Positions 49,698-60,653 of a DNA stretch of 64,000 nucleotides are shown here, one piece after another. The notes beneath the pieces were generated by a model, which was given only the letters and a program-made list of their open reading frames with translations, had not been told where the DNA came from and did not search any database. This DNA comes from Amoebidium appalachense (Eukaryota; Protista; Ichthyosporea): NCBI GenBank assembly GCA_963693365.1, contig CAVNZM010000009.1:7108908-7172907 (forward strand), given 5' to 3'. Within the stretch, counting starts at the first letter, position 1, and the number at the start of each line of letters is the position of its first letter. The translations under genes and the position numbers were made by a program.

Positions 49698-49965
49698 ACA
49701 CCCACACACATACCATACGCACACACATACGCACACATACGCACACCGCGGCACGCACACACGCGCACGCACATGCACACACGCACATCAACACCCACCT
49801 CTCCTCCTCCAGCTGTGCCCTGTCCTGCGCCAGTTTCTTTTCCTGTGCGTCCACTGCCTGGGCCCTCTCCTGCAGCTGGCGGGCAGCCTCTCCCAGCCGC
49901 TGCAGCACCCGCTGGCCCTCTGCCTCCAGCGACCCGCACTCCTCCACAAGCTCAGCTACGTCCAT
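46154..49965 (-). pseudogene. Coiled-coil plus KCTD-type BTB/POZ plus beta-rich domain gene, copy 2; two frameshifts
   Basis: Exon 1, 49965-49799 (MDVAELVEECGSLE...DRAQLEEER, phase-2 donor gtgggt), joins in frame to the exon starting at 47629 (RQQFLAEC...RIVLDVGGRHY...DYLRNG). +1 shifts occur at T7 (47308-47314) and near 46587. Stop at 46154. Confidence 0.82.
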
Positions 49966-50138
49966 GTTGGGTGTTACACTACGACATCAAGCCAACTGCG
50001 CGCTTTAAACACTAGTGATGACCGGAAGATGAAAATAGAAAAAGAGAGTTAGTGCTCTACGCAGCTGTGAGCTCCGGCCTTGCCGACTGGTGCTAGCCTT
50101 GGGTGTGACGATATTTGCTGTGGAACTTGAGGAACTGT

Positions 50139-51072
50139 TGTTAAATTGTATAAGTATTTGGGATGTAAGCAGAGACACAGTGGTGCAGTGTGAAAACACC
50201 ACAGACACACACAACAACAAAACACGGAGCGATCGGAGAAGTGTACACAACAGACATCAATGTTTAGACACGACTGAACTCAATTTATTTTGATCGCTAA
50301 TAAATACCTGAAATTCCCTTAAGTTAAATCCATACATGATTTCCGACCAGTCGGAAATCAGATCTATGTCTAAAATAACCAATCACAATTAACTGATTAT
50401 TTCCCGGATAGATCCGGAGACACAGGAACGCACACCATAGGTCACAGCTATAAGAAAGAAAAGAGGTGAAGAGTAACGAGGAAAGAGGTGATGTTTCTAA
50501 CCTATCATCGGCTACAAAGACTCAGACATTTTCTGACTAAGTCCACTGATTGGATATAGTACGGCAACACACAAAACAAAAGTGTTTGACTAAGCTATGA
50601 ATCATACCTGACAAGCTAAAGTGTAGCCTAAGTGTTTTTCTACCAATCAAAACATAACGAGTAATATAAATCTACTCAACGTATATTAGTGAGAGAGAAA
50701 TATAATTATGTGAAAGGAAACAAGAGAAGAAAGAAAGAGAAAAGAAAGAAGAAGAAAGAGGAAAAAGAAAAGAAAGCAGGACAGAAAACACGAACATGAA
50801 AACACAGTTATAACCGAAGATATTCATGTACGCATAACATGTACACGTTTCTCCCTCACTGGGTAGACTCGTGTACCTATAATCAGTTGCTGTAATCGAT
50901 ATCTAAACACACGAATATAGCCGACACAACACGATTACAAGTACTCAAATACACTGGAGATCGATCTCATAATTTACGTACAAGGAGCACATCTTTTTCA
51001 TTAAGTAAATGAATGAAAACATAACACGAACTGAGAAGATCTTACAATATGTAAATACTACGTATTATAACA
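50139..51072 (-). repeat. 3' LTR of the copia element (934 bp)
   Basis: Near-identical to 55949-56883 (roughly ten differences by eye). Confidence 0.97.
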
Positions 51073-51515
51073 TCCCCACTTAAGACTTTGAAGTTTGTGT
51101 TATCATATCCCCACTGAACTAGTGAAATCTCCCCACTTGAGAACAGAAACGGAAAAAAAAAATTAAAGTTTGGACTTTTCCGGGGGGGGGGGGGGGGGGG
51201 GGGGAGAAAAGGGGGGGGAAAGGGGGGGGGGGGGAGGGGGGGGGGAAGGGGGGAAGGGGGGGGGGAAGGGGGGGAAGGGGGGGGGGGGAGGGGGGGGAGG
51301 AACCGGGGCAAAAACAACATATATATATAACGTGTATAGTCGGGGTTTGTTTAATTGGGTTTGAAACCAGTGAAAGATAGAGTAGAGTGATGGTACAGGT
51401 CAAACCTTATTTATAAACCCTAAGTGGGCATACCCACAAAGGCAATACATATGAAATAATGATGATGATAAAGTAAGTAGTAAACATGAGAAAATCACTC
51501 TTGAAGTAGGTCGGG

Positions 51516-54500
51516 TCAATCCACAATATTCGGTAAACAAAGTCGAGCACGATGGTGGACATGACTCGGGCCGGGGAGGGGTTTGGTGAGGATGTCAGCT
51601 AAGTTGTGGGCTGACTCAACGTAGTGGACAACCACGTCCCCACTGGCAATGTAGTCCTTGGTGTTGTGATACCGGACGGCAATGTGTTTGGTACGGTGCT
51701 TGATGCCGGTGGAGTTGACGATGGCAATGGTCGACTGGTTGTCACAGTACACCGGAGTCGGAGCAAGCATGGGACAGCCGAGTTCCTTGAAGAGGTCACG
51801 GACCCAAGCAACTTCTTGGGTGCCAGCATTGAGAGCAATCAGCTCAGCTTCAGTGGTGCCGGTGGCCGTGATGGGCTGGAGCTTGGAGTACCAGATGATG
51901 GGCATACCAGCAAACTCGATAATGTAGCCGGTGGTAGACTTCTTGCTGTCGGCACAACCAGCAAAGTCAGCATCCGTGTAGCATTCGAGTATGGGGGACT
52001 GGGTGGCCGAGTACTTGTAGTCAATGCCAAGGTCAATGGTGCCGAGCAGGTACCGGGCCACACGACGGAGAAGGTCCCAGTGAGACTTGCCGGGGTTGGT
52101 GCTGAACCGACCAAGGAAGCCGATGGCATAGGCAATGTCGGGACGTGTGCACCGTGCCACCCAGAGGAGACGGCCGAGTAACTCACGGTAGGGCACGGTG
52201 AACGGTTGGGGGGGGCAGTCAGCCAGGGAGACTGTGGTGCCTGCAGGGATGGGGGTAGACTTGGACTTGGCATCGGTGAGGTTGAAGTCGTGGATGATAT
52301 CCATGATGTAAGACCTCTGGTGCATGTGGAGGTGATGGGGATCAGAGTGATTAAAATCAACACCGAGCATACGGTCAAATGGACTCATACGACAGCTGGC
52401 CATCTTGCTGATGTGGGCAGCCAGGTCACTGGCAGCAGTAGAACCCCGGGTGTTGGTGATGGTGGAGTCGTCGACGTAGTTACCAGCCCGAACCACATCG
52501 TTGTTGGGGAAGAACCGGAGGTAGATGCACGGGTCGGTCTTAGGACGGGTCAGGCCATGGGCAAGAAGAATGCCGTCGAGGAAGTCGTACCAAGCCTTGG
52601 AGGCTTGCTTGAGGCCGTAAAGGGCTTTCTTGAGTCTCCAGACCTTGCCAAGTGTGGCCATGGTGATGAATCCCGGGGGTTGTTTCATGTAGATGGCCTC
52701 GGTGAGTGGGCTGTTGAGAAAGGCCGTAGACACGCCGAGTTGATGGATGTCATGACCTTCAACAACGGCCAGAGCTAGGATGGCACGGAGAGCAGCCGGA
52801 CGGATGACAGGACTCTCAATCAACTCATAGTCAACACCGTATTGCTGACTGAAGCCTTGAGCAACACCACGTGCCTTGATCTTGGTGTCACCAGCCGAGT
52901 TGAGAGTTTTCTCGGAGACAATCCACTTGAAGCCGACGATGTTAGCACCAGGGGGAGGGTCAACAAGTTCAAAGATGTCTTTGTCGACGAAGGCTTGATA
53001 TTCAGCAGTCAGGGCTGACTTGGCCTGGTCACCATTGGGTCCGGAACACAGTTGACGGACAAGTTTGGGTAGTTGGTCGATGTTGATGGGGGGACCGGGG
53101 GGGACGGGGAGGGTGGTGGTGGCTTGAAGTCCAACCTTGCCCTGTAGACGGGCAGAACGACGGGGTGCAGGGACCGGGGGAGGTGGAGACGGTGGGGGGG
53201 GAACTTGGAAGTTCGGAAGTGCAGGGGGGGCAACCTCCGGGCTGGACGGGGCCGAGTGGAAGTTGTCGGGGGAGCCGGGTCGGATGGGTGTGACGTTGCC
53301 AGGGGCAGGATGAGGGTCGGCAGGCTGGACGGGCACGGGGGCAGGGGGGCCGGTGGGGGGGGGGTGTCGGGGGAACGACGATGGCAGGAGGGGGGCCAGA
53401 GTGGATGGGGTGGTCGAGGGAGCAGTGGTGTCGGGGGTCGGAAGTGTTGATGGAATGTCGAACGGGAGATAAGCTGATTCGTCGAAAATCACATCACGGA
53501 AGAGGCCGACACGATGGGTGGTGGAATTGAAGATCCGGTGGCAGTGTGATTGAAGATCATAGCCGATATACATGCCGAGTTTGACAGTGGGGGCCAGCTT
53601 GTTCCGTTTAGAGGCTGGCACGTGAGTGTAGGCAGGGCAACCGAACACTTTGAGTTCGGAGATGTCGGGCTTGACACCGTAGAAAACCTCGAATGGTGTA
53701 CGACCATTGGCAGTCGTGGACGGGGTAACGTTGATGATGTAGGCGGCATGTTGGAGGGCCTCAGCCCACAGTTTGGGGGACAGAGACTGGTCTTGGACTT
53801 GATGGAGGAGGCAACGGACAATCTCTTGGAGGAACCTCATACGACGTTCAACATAGCCGTTCAGTTGAGGGCAGTCCACCGGAGCATAGCTGGCCTTGAT
53901 GCCCTGGGAGAGGCAAAAAGCACGGGTAGCCTTGGAGGTGAACTCAGAGCCGGAGTCGAAGTGGTAGACACCAACTTTGGAGGGGGCATGGGTGGCAACG
54001 AGGTTGGTGTGAGCTGTGAGAATGTCCAGGGTGGTGGTACGGTCGGCCATCGGGTAGATCTTGACGAGTCCAGAGGCACGGCAGACAGTGACGAGAGCAA
54101 CCTCGGAACCTCCGTACGAGGTTGTGGTAGGCTCAAAAAAATCCCAATGCCATTCATGACCGGGGATGTTGGAGTGAGAACGGTCACCCTTGAACGGAGC
54201 CTTGGTGGTTTTACCCATAATGCAGCCATGACAATCAGGAACATCACAGTCGAGGACAGAGGAGGGGAGACCAATAACAAGGTCGTGTTTCACCATGTCC
54301 TTGATGCTGGTCATAGCACGGTGCCCCAGACGATGGTGCCAGATGGATGGGTTAACACTGGTAGTGGCAGCCAGAGCCACAGGACGAGTGGGTGGTTGAA
54401 TGGTGTAGTCCTTGAAGTAATACAGACCGTTGTGTAGACGGAGGTTGACGAGATGACGGCCGGTAAGTCGGTCGAAGAGGAATGACGGAGTGGAGGCATC

Positions 54501-55151
54501 GTTCAAATCACCCTTGATGTATTCGGCAGCAGCTTGGGATGTTGAAATGAGGAAGGCTTGGCCAGACGGGGTGTAGTAGGCTTCAATGGTAAGGGTGGCA
54601 GTGCCATGGTCGGTGGTGGTGTTGATGACGATATGGCCGGTGTGAGTGGCCAAGACGGGGGTGCCATTGAAGGCAGTAACGGGAGTCGGTGTCGGAAGGG
54701 GAGTGAGGTCATGGAAGAACTCACGGGTGGGGCAGACAGTCATGTTGCACCCGGAATCCCAGGCAGGGTCGGAGGACACGGGGACGGAGCTAGCATTGTA
54801 TGCCGAGAAAGCAAAGGAGACAGATTTCTCACTGCCTTGACGGGAACGGTTGTGTCTGGACATACGGCATTTCGGCTCAGGGCAATCGATGATCGTGTGA
54901 TCAGGCTCGTGGCAGTAGGAGCATGCTTTCACGGACGGGGTGTTAGAACGAGCCGGGGAATCAGAACGACGGGAACCCGAGAAACGGGAACGGCTGGGGG
55001 AACGAGACGTGGACCGGAAGGCAGGCCGGTGGGGGGAACGGGATCGGGTGTGCTGACGGGAGAGACGAGTTCGGAGGTCCGTGCCAGAGGTACGGTCAAG
55101 TCGGGTGCGTAAGTCACGGCGAGGAAGATCACGGGGGGGGAGCACTGGCAT
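51516..55151 (-). CDS. pol: Copia polyprotein: Gag zinc knuckle, protease, GAG-pre-integrase, integrase, reverse transcriptase, RNase H
   Basis: CSYCHEPDHTIIDC (CCHC); WDSGC; WHHRLGH...CHGC; integrase WHWD / FDSGSEF / NGYVER; KARGVAQG; LKKALYGLKQAS; YVDD; YTDADFAG; CDNQS; KHIAVRYH; ADILTKPL. Confidence 0.97.
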   Translation of the reverse strand: MPVLPPRDLPRRDLRTRLDRTSGTDLRTRLSRQHTRSRSPHRPAFRSTSRSPSRSRFSGSRRSDSPARSNTPSVKACSYCHEPDHTIIDCPEPKCRMSRHNRSRQGSEKSVSFAFSAYNASSVPVSSDPAWDSGCNMTVCPTREFFHDLTPLPTPTPVTAFNGTPVLATHTGHIVINTTTDHGTATLTIEAYYTPSGQAFLISTSQAAAEYIKGDLNDASTPSFLFDRLTGRHLVNLRLHNGLYYFKDYTIQPPTRPVALAATTSVNPSIWHHRLGHRAMTSIKDMVKHDLVIGLPSSVLDCDVPDCHGCIMGKTTKAPFKGDRSHSNIPGHEWHWDFFEPTTTSYGGSEVALVTVCRASGLVKIYPMADRTTTLDILTAHTNLVATHAPSKVGVYHFDSGSEFTSKATRAFCLSQGIKASYAPVDCPQLNGYVERRMRFLQEIVRCLLHQVQDQSLSPKLWAEALQHAAYIINVTPSTTANGRTPFEVFYGVKPDISELKVFGCPAYTHVPASKRNKLAPTVKLGMYIGYDLQSHCHRIFNSTTHRVGLFRDVIFDESAYLPFDIPSTLPTPDTTAPSTTPSTLAPLLPSSFPRHPPPTGPPAPVPVQPADPHPAPGNVTPIRPGSPDNFHSAPSSPEVAPPALPNFQVPPPPSPPPPVPAPRRSARLQGKVGLQATTTLPVPPGPPINIDQLPKLVRQLCSGPNGDQAKSALTAEYQAFVDKDIFELVDPPPGANIVGFKWIVSEKTLNSAGDTKIKARGVAQGFSQQYGVDYELIESPVIRPAALRAILALAVVEGHDIHQLGVSTAFLNSPLTEAIYMKQPPGFITMATLGKVWRLKKALYGLKQASKAWYDFLDGILLAHGLTRPKTDPCIYLRFFPNNDVVRAGNYVDDSTITNTRGSTAASDLAAHISKMASCRMSPFDRMLGVDFNHSDPHHLHMHQRSYIMDIIHDFNLTDAKSKSTPIPAGTTVSLADCPPQPFTVPYRELLGRLLWVARCTRPDIAYAIGFLGRFSTNPGKSHWDLLRRVARYLLGTIDLGIDYKYSATQSPILECYTDADFAGCADSKKSTTGYIIEFAGMPIIWYSKLQPITATGTTEAELIALNAGTQEVAWVRDLFKELGCPMLAPTPVYCDNQSTIAIVNSTGIKHRTKHIAVRYHNTKDYIASGDVVVHYVESAHNLADILTKPLPGPSHVHHRARLCLPNIVD

Positions 55152-55887
55152 TTAATGCCATGCTGGACTTGGAGGCACGGTGGGCACGGTTGTTCCGGAG
55201 TTGCATCTTGAGGTCTTGACGTAACTCGATGCCCTTGACGTGGTTGTGGAGGGACTCGAAGTCGGGGAATAGCTTATCACCGAAGTGATAGTCTTCGATA
55301 AGACGGTTGAACTCAGGGGTGAGGTCGTCTCTGGTGGTGAGTTCATTGAAGAACTTCTCAGCTAGACGAGTGAAGTGAATGGACTCATCTTGGAGAGACT
55401 GGAGCTGGTTCACGATGGTCTGCAGACGGCTCAGGTAGGTGGTGAATGATTCACCGGGCTGAAGGGCACAGGCATCCCACTGACGGTGAAGGATGCGGAT
55501 CTGATCGGGTTTGCCTTGGAGATAGTGTTGACGGAATTTCCACATGGCCCGTTCAGGGTCCATGCCAATACGGTACTGGGCAACGGTGGTGAGGACGGAA
55601 GGGTCGATGTTCTGTATCATATGGAGCAGGAGGCAATTGCGGGCCTCCTTGAGTTCCGCGGTAGTGCCGTAGCCATAGAAGGGGGGTTCACCGTCAACCG
55701 CGACGGTGGTGGGGGGGACGTAGTTGTCAGCAAGTACAACATCCACGAGTCGGACACCTTTAGTGCCGGTCATCATGCCGAGAAAAATGATTTCCCATTG
55801 AAAATAGGTGGTTTTGCTATCGGGACCAGTCTTCCCTTCACCTTTCCACATGGTGATTTTGTTTACGCCAGTTTTGTTTGGATCCAT
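55129..55887 (-). CDS. gag: Copia Gag N-terminal portion
   Basis: 252-aa ORF starting 61 nt after the 5' LTR, with copia Gag-like LQPGESFTTYLSRLQTIVNQL; it ends at CCC CCC CCG TGA overlapping the +1 frame. Confidence 0.9.
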   Translation of the reverse strand: MDPNKTGVNKITMWKGEGKTGPDSKTTYFQWEIIFLGMMTGTKGVRLVDVVLADNYVPPTTVAVDGEPPFYGYGTTAELKEARNCLLLHMIQNIDPSVLTTVAQYRIGMDPERAMWKFRQHYLQGKPDQIRILHRQWDACALQPGESFTTYLSRLQTIVNQLQSLQDESIHFTRLAEKFFNELTTRDDLTPEFNRLIEDYHFGDKLFPDFESLHNHVKGIELRQDLKMQLRNNRAHRASKSSMALNASAPPP

Positions 55888-55948
55888 GATTGAAAAACGA
55901 GCCTAGTTCTAGATTTGTGTAGGGAGCGTGCAAAAGGGCTGCATAACC

Positions 55949-56883
55949 TGTTAAATTGTATAAGTATTTGGGATGTAAGCAGAGACACAGTGGTGCAGTG
56001 TGAAAACACCACAGACACACACAACAACAAAACACGGAACGATCGGAGCAGTGTACACAACAGACATCAATGTTTAGACACGACTGAACTCAATTTATTT
56101 TGATCGCTAATAAATACCTGAAATTCCCTTAAGTTAAATCCATACATGATTTCCGACCAGTCGGAAATCAGATCTATCTCTAATAGAAACCAATCACTAT
56201 TAACTGATTATTTCCCGGATAGATCCGGAGACACAGGAACGCACACCATAGGTCACAGCTATAAGAAAGAAAAGAGGTGAAGAGTAACGAGGAAAGAGGT
56301 GATGTTTCTAACCTATCATCGGCTACAAAGACTCAGACATTTTCTGACTAAGTCCACTGATTGGATATAGTACGGCAACACACAAAACAAAAGTGGTTGA
56401 CTAAGCTATGAATCATACCTGACAAGCTAAAGTGTAACCTAAGTGTTTTTCTACCAATCAAAACATAACGAGTAATATAAATCTACTCAACGTATATTAG
56501 TGAGAGAGAAATATAATTATGTGAAAGGAAACAAGAGAAGAAAGAAAGAGAAAAGAAAGAAGAAGAAAGAGGAAAAAGAAAAGAAAGCAGGACAGAAAAC
56601 ACGAACATGAAAACACAGTTATAACCGAAGATATTCATGTACACATAACATGTACACGTTTCTCCCTCACTGGGTAGACTCGTGTACCTATAATCAGTTG
56701 CTGTAATCGATATCTAAACACACGAATATAGCCGACACAACACGATTACAAGTACTCAAATACACTGGAGATCGATCTCATAATTTACGTACAAGGAGCA
56801 CATCTTTTTCATTAAGTAAATGTATGAAAACATAACACGAACTGAGAAGATCTTACAATATGTAAATACTACGTATTATAACA
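55949..56883 (-). repeat. 5' LTR of the copia element (935 bp)
   Basis: Starts TGTTATAATACG and ends TTTAACA, immediately before the PBS. Confidence 0.97.
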
Positions 56884-57505
56884 ACTGTATTTGTTGTGGC
56901 TGGTGAGTTGTTGTGAATGACGCAGACGGCAGGCGCATGTTGCAACGACCCACCGGCAGCATCGCGCCGGACACTGCTGATTGGATGATTTTGCTTTTTG
57001 GCGGGAAAGCTTGACCGGCGAGTGTAGTCACTATGAGTGCTGTCTCCCTGCAGCTGTACCTAATGATACCTTGTATGTTGCCGCAGTCCCGCGGTGTAGT
57101 AGTGCCGAGCCACTAAGTCTTACAATAAGCCAGTGGGTACATAGCCTTGGAAACTACGGTGAGTGTGCCTTTTCTACTAATATTAGTACCCTGGCTTTCT
57201 AGGCCTACAGATCTAGTTTTTCTTTGGTGCCTATGGTCACATATACACACATGGTCACATATACATGCCTACACTGCCACAAGACCACACACACACAAAC
57301 CGACAAACAACAAACCACACACATGCACGAAAGCACAAAAAAACATACACCCACATACCCACACGCACGCACACACACTTACGCACGCACACATACACGC
57401 ACACACGCACACGCACACGCACACGCACGCACACACACATACACACGCGCAAACACGCACACACGTACACATACACATACACATACACACGCGCAAACAC
57501 GCACG

Positions 57506-57862
<357 letters not shown>

Positions 57863-58118
57863 ACTGGCTGCCAAAAACAAAACTCAAGGCTAAGAGGGTT
57901 TGAAAGAACTAGCAGCGGGAGAGCCGTTAAAATCCCATGTGAGTGTTTCCGTCTTGAAACGTATGTGTTCGAACAAGAAGTGTTTTGTGTTCGAACAAGA
58001 AGTGTTCTGAGTGATTGCATGAGCAAGATCCGTGCTGTGGTGATAGCCATGGCCAGTGTGTTGGTTTCGCGCCAATTACGTCTCCGCGTACTGGATCTCT
58101 CTGAAAGCAATTGGTTCT

Positions 58119-58368
58119 TAGTGATTGGTTTCTATTAGAGATGGATCTGATTTCCGACTGGTCGGAAATCATGTATGGATTGGACTTAGAGGAATTTCAG
58201 GTATTTATTCGAAGATCAGAATAAATTCAGTTCAGTCGTGTCTAAACATTGATGTCTGTTGTGTACACTGCTCCGATCGTTCCGTGTTTTGTTGTTGTGT
58301 GTCTGTGGTGTTTTCACACTGCACCACTGTGTCTCTGCTTACATCCCAAATACTTTTACAATTTAACA
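58119..58368 (+). mobile_element. LTR fragment (3' 250 bp) of the same copia family, opposite orientation
   Basis: Reverse complement of 55949-56199, ending TTTAACA; similarity decays upstream of 58119. Confidence 0.93.
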
Positions 58369-58402
58369 CACACACACATTCACACACACATACACACACA
58401 CA

Positions 58403-58435
<33 letters not shown>

Positions 58436-58442
58436 CCCCCCC

Positions 58443-59583
58443 TGTTGGAAGTAGAGTCCGCTGTGACTAGGGTCGTCGTGGCGCGCTTGGGCGCTGACCC
58501 GTTTTTTTTACTGCTTTCAGTGTGTTAACTCCATGACTGAACTCCATGACTTAACTCCATGACTTAACTCCATGACTTAACTCCATGTCTGCACCTGGCA
58601 GAGACGTGGCTTATATACCCGTGGGGCAGCAGTCTGGAATGTAATCCGGATGCCAGGCGCTAATCGGATTGGTTACTTTCATTTAGATATCTCTGGGACC
58701 AGTGAACCAATCGTTTGCAGTCAAAACACAATTGGCAACATTCCTCAACTATGCAGATGTGCATGTGGTGATCGAGTGTCAGCATGTGTCTATGTACACG
58801 GAACCAATTGTAAAGCTAACATACACATATAGTGGAGTGAGCGTAAGTCTGCACTCCAACACCCCTACCCAATTGGAGAAGTGTACACACCACTAGAGAA
58901 GAGAGAGTGAGTGTGGCTGCTTGCAGGGTAGACCGGGGTGTGCATTCCACTGTGGTGCGTGCCCCGCCAATGAAGTGGAATACTTGACGTTGATGTCGCA
59001 GGCTGCTGCGGATGGAGTTTGTGGAAGCGAAAGTCTCTACTTCACGGAAATACGCTCGCGGGTGTAGGGTACAGCCTAGAAGTCGGTTTCTGGGCTCCTC
59101 CGTTCAAGGCGTCGTAGGGGACGTGAAGTTAGAGGCCGCGGTGTCGTGTCTGGGCCCATAACCCTGTTGGAAGTAGAGTCCGCTGTGACTAGGGTCGTCG
59201 TGGCGCGCTTGGGCGCTGACCCGTTTTTTTTACTGCTTTCAGTGTGTTAACTCCATGACTGAACTCCATGACTTAACTCCATGACTTAACTCCATGACTT
59301 AACTCCATGTCTGCACCTGGCAGAGACGTGGCTTATATACCCGTGGGGCAGCAGTCTGGAATGTAATCCGGATGCCAGGCGCTAATCGGATTGGTTACTT
59401 TCATTTAGATATCTCTGGGACCAGTGAACCAATCGTTTGCAGTCAAAACACAATTGGCAACATTCCTCAACTATGCAGATGTGCATGTGGTGATCGAGTG
59501 TCAGCATGTGTCTATGTACACGGAACCAATTGTAAAGCTAACATACACATATAGTGGAGTGAGCGTAAGTCTGCACTCCAACA
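58443..59583 (-). mobile_element. TRIM (terminal-repeat retrotransposon in miniature), 1141 bp, non-autonomous
   Basis: Two apparently identical 419-bp LTRs (58443-58861, 59165-59583) with TGTTGGA...TCCAACA termini; 303-bp non-coding interior; PBS GGGTTATGGGCCCAG at 59164-59150; PPT GGGTAGGGG at 58870-58862; inserted in a poly-C run. Confidence 0.93.
58527..58590. repeat. 13-bp tandem repeat x5 inside the TRIM LTR (also at 59249-59312)
   Basis: AACTCCATGACTT repeated. Confidence 0.9.
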
Positions 59584-59787
59584 CCCCCCCCCCCCCCCTC
59601 GCCATTCAGCCTCGCACAACCATCTTCACACAATAACCCCTCATTAAGTTCCGGTTTGTGTGTAGAATCTAGAGTCATTGCCCGAGGAGATCTGTGTGAC
59701 TGAAGATAGTGAGCCGAGGCGATGAGGTTACCCACTTGAACGAGCCTTTCAGCAGACCAGCGCACTTGAACTTGGATGACGTGGAAT

Positions 59788-60515
59788 TGTTGTTTTGTAC
59801 GGGTCTAAGGGAGCAGAGTGCACAGAGGTGTCATGTAAAACACGACTAACACATTAATGAGAGGGCAATCGGAGTTGTTCACGAGACATTGAAAGATTTC
59901 AAACAACAGCTGATTCTTTATTGTGCTCTCGGTTCCTTTTGTACTTGCGACTTATCACCTTATCACAACTAAAGAGGGAGAACCAATCGGTTCTATCAGA
60001 AGATAGAAAAACACATTCCGACAGAGCATACGCATTCCAACTTCCGATTAAACTAAAGTGTAGAAACTCTTACTTAAATAAATTAAGTAATTAAACATCT
60101 AGTCACTATTAACTCACATATATATTTATGTTCGTCTCTATAAAGAAACTTATTTAAATACATATATTTCCTAATAGTCGACACTCTCAAAGTGAAGACA
60201 CTTTGCAATAAACCGAATTCCATATATATCTATTGTCCAATCACAACACACATATATTAACAGACAGGAATGCACAACACAATCTACAGATGTACTCGCT
60301 CGCGACTATTGGCGAGCCATCCTTTTGAGAACAAAACTAGGCCATTTTGAAATAAAGGAAAGACAACGAGTGAGGCTAGCCAATCACGCTACCTCTCAGA
60401 TAAACAGAGGAGAGCAAACAGAAATAAAATACAATAAGTTCTTATCAGGCAAGAGAGCCAGGTGTGCACAGATCTACAGATATCTGTGCCCACAGAAACA
60501 AGGGAGAGAGAGATA

Positions 60516-60549
<34 letters not shown>

Positions 60550-60561
60550 GAGAGAGAGAGG

Positions 60562-60653
<92 letters not shown>

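Larger units (their letters stand above)
50139..56883 (-). mobile_element. Full-length Ty1/copia LTR retrotransposon (6745 bp)
   Basis: TG...CA LTRs at 55949-56883 (5') and 50139-51072 (3'); 5-bp target-site duplication ACTGT (50134-50138 and 56884-56888); PBS GGTTATGCAGCCC at 55948-55936; PPT AAGTGGGGA abutting the 3' LTR; domain order PR-IN-RT-RH. Confidence 0.98.

Noticed and set aside
51624-55893. Long plus-strand ORFs antisense to copia gag/pol
   Set aside because: Expected shadow ORFs of a GC-rich coding strand; no recognisable motifs.
56884-57050. Possible second exon for orphan first exon A, reading across the copia insertion site
   Set aside because: An AG and a roughly 68-codon open frame exist once the element is removed, but the peptide has no BTB similarity and exon A carries a stop.
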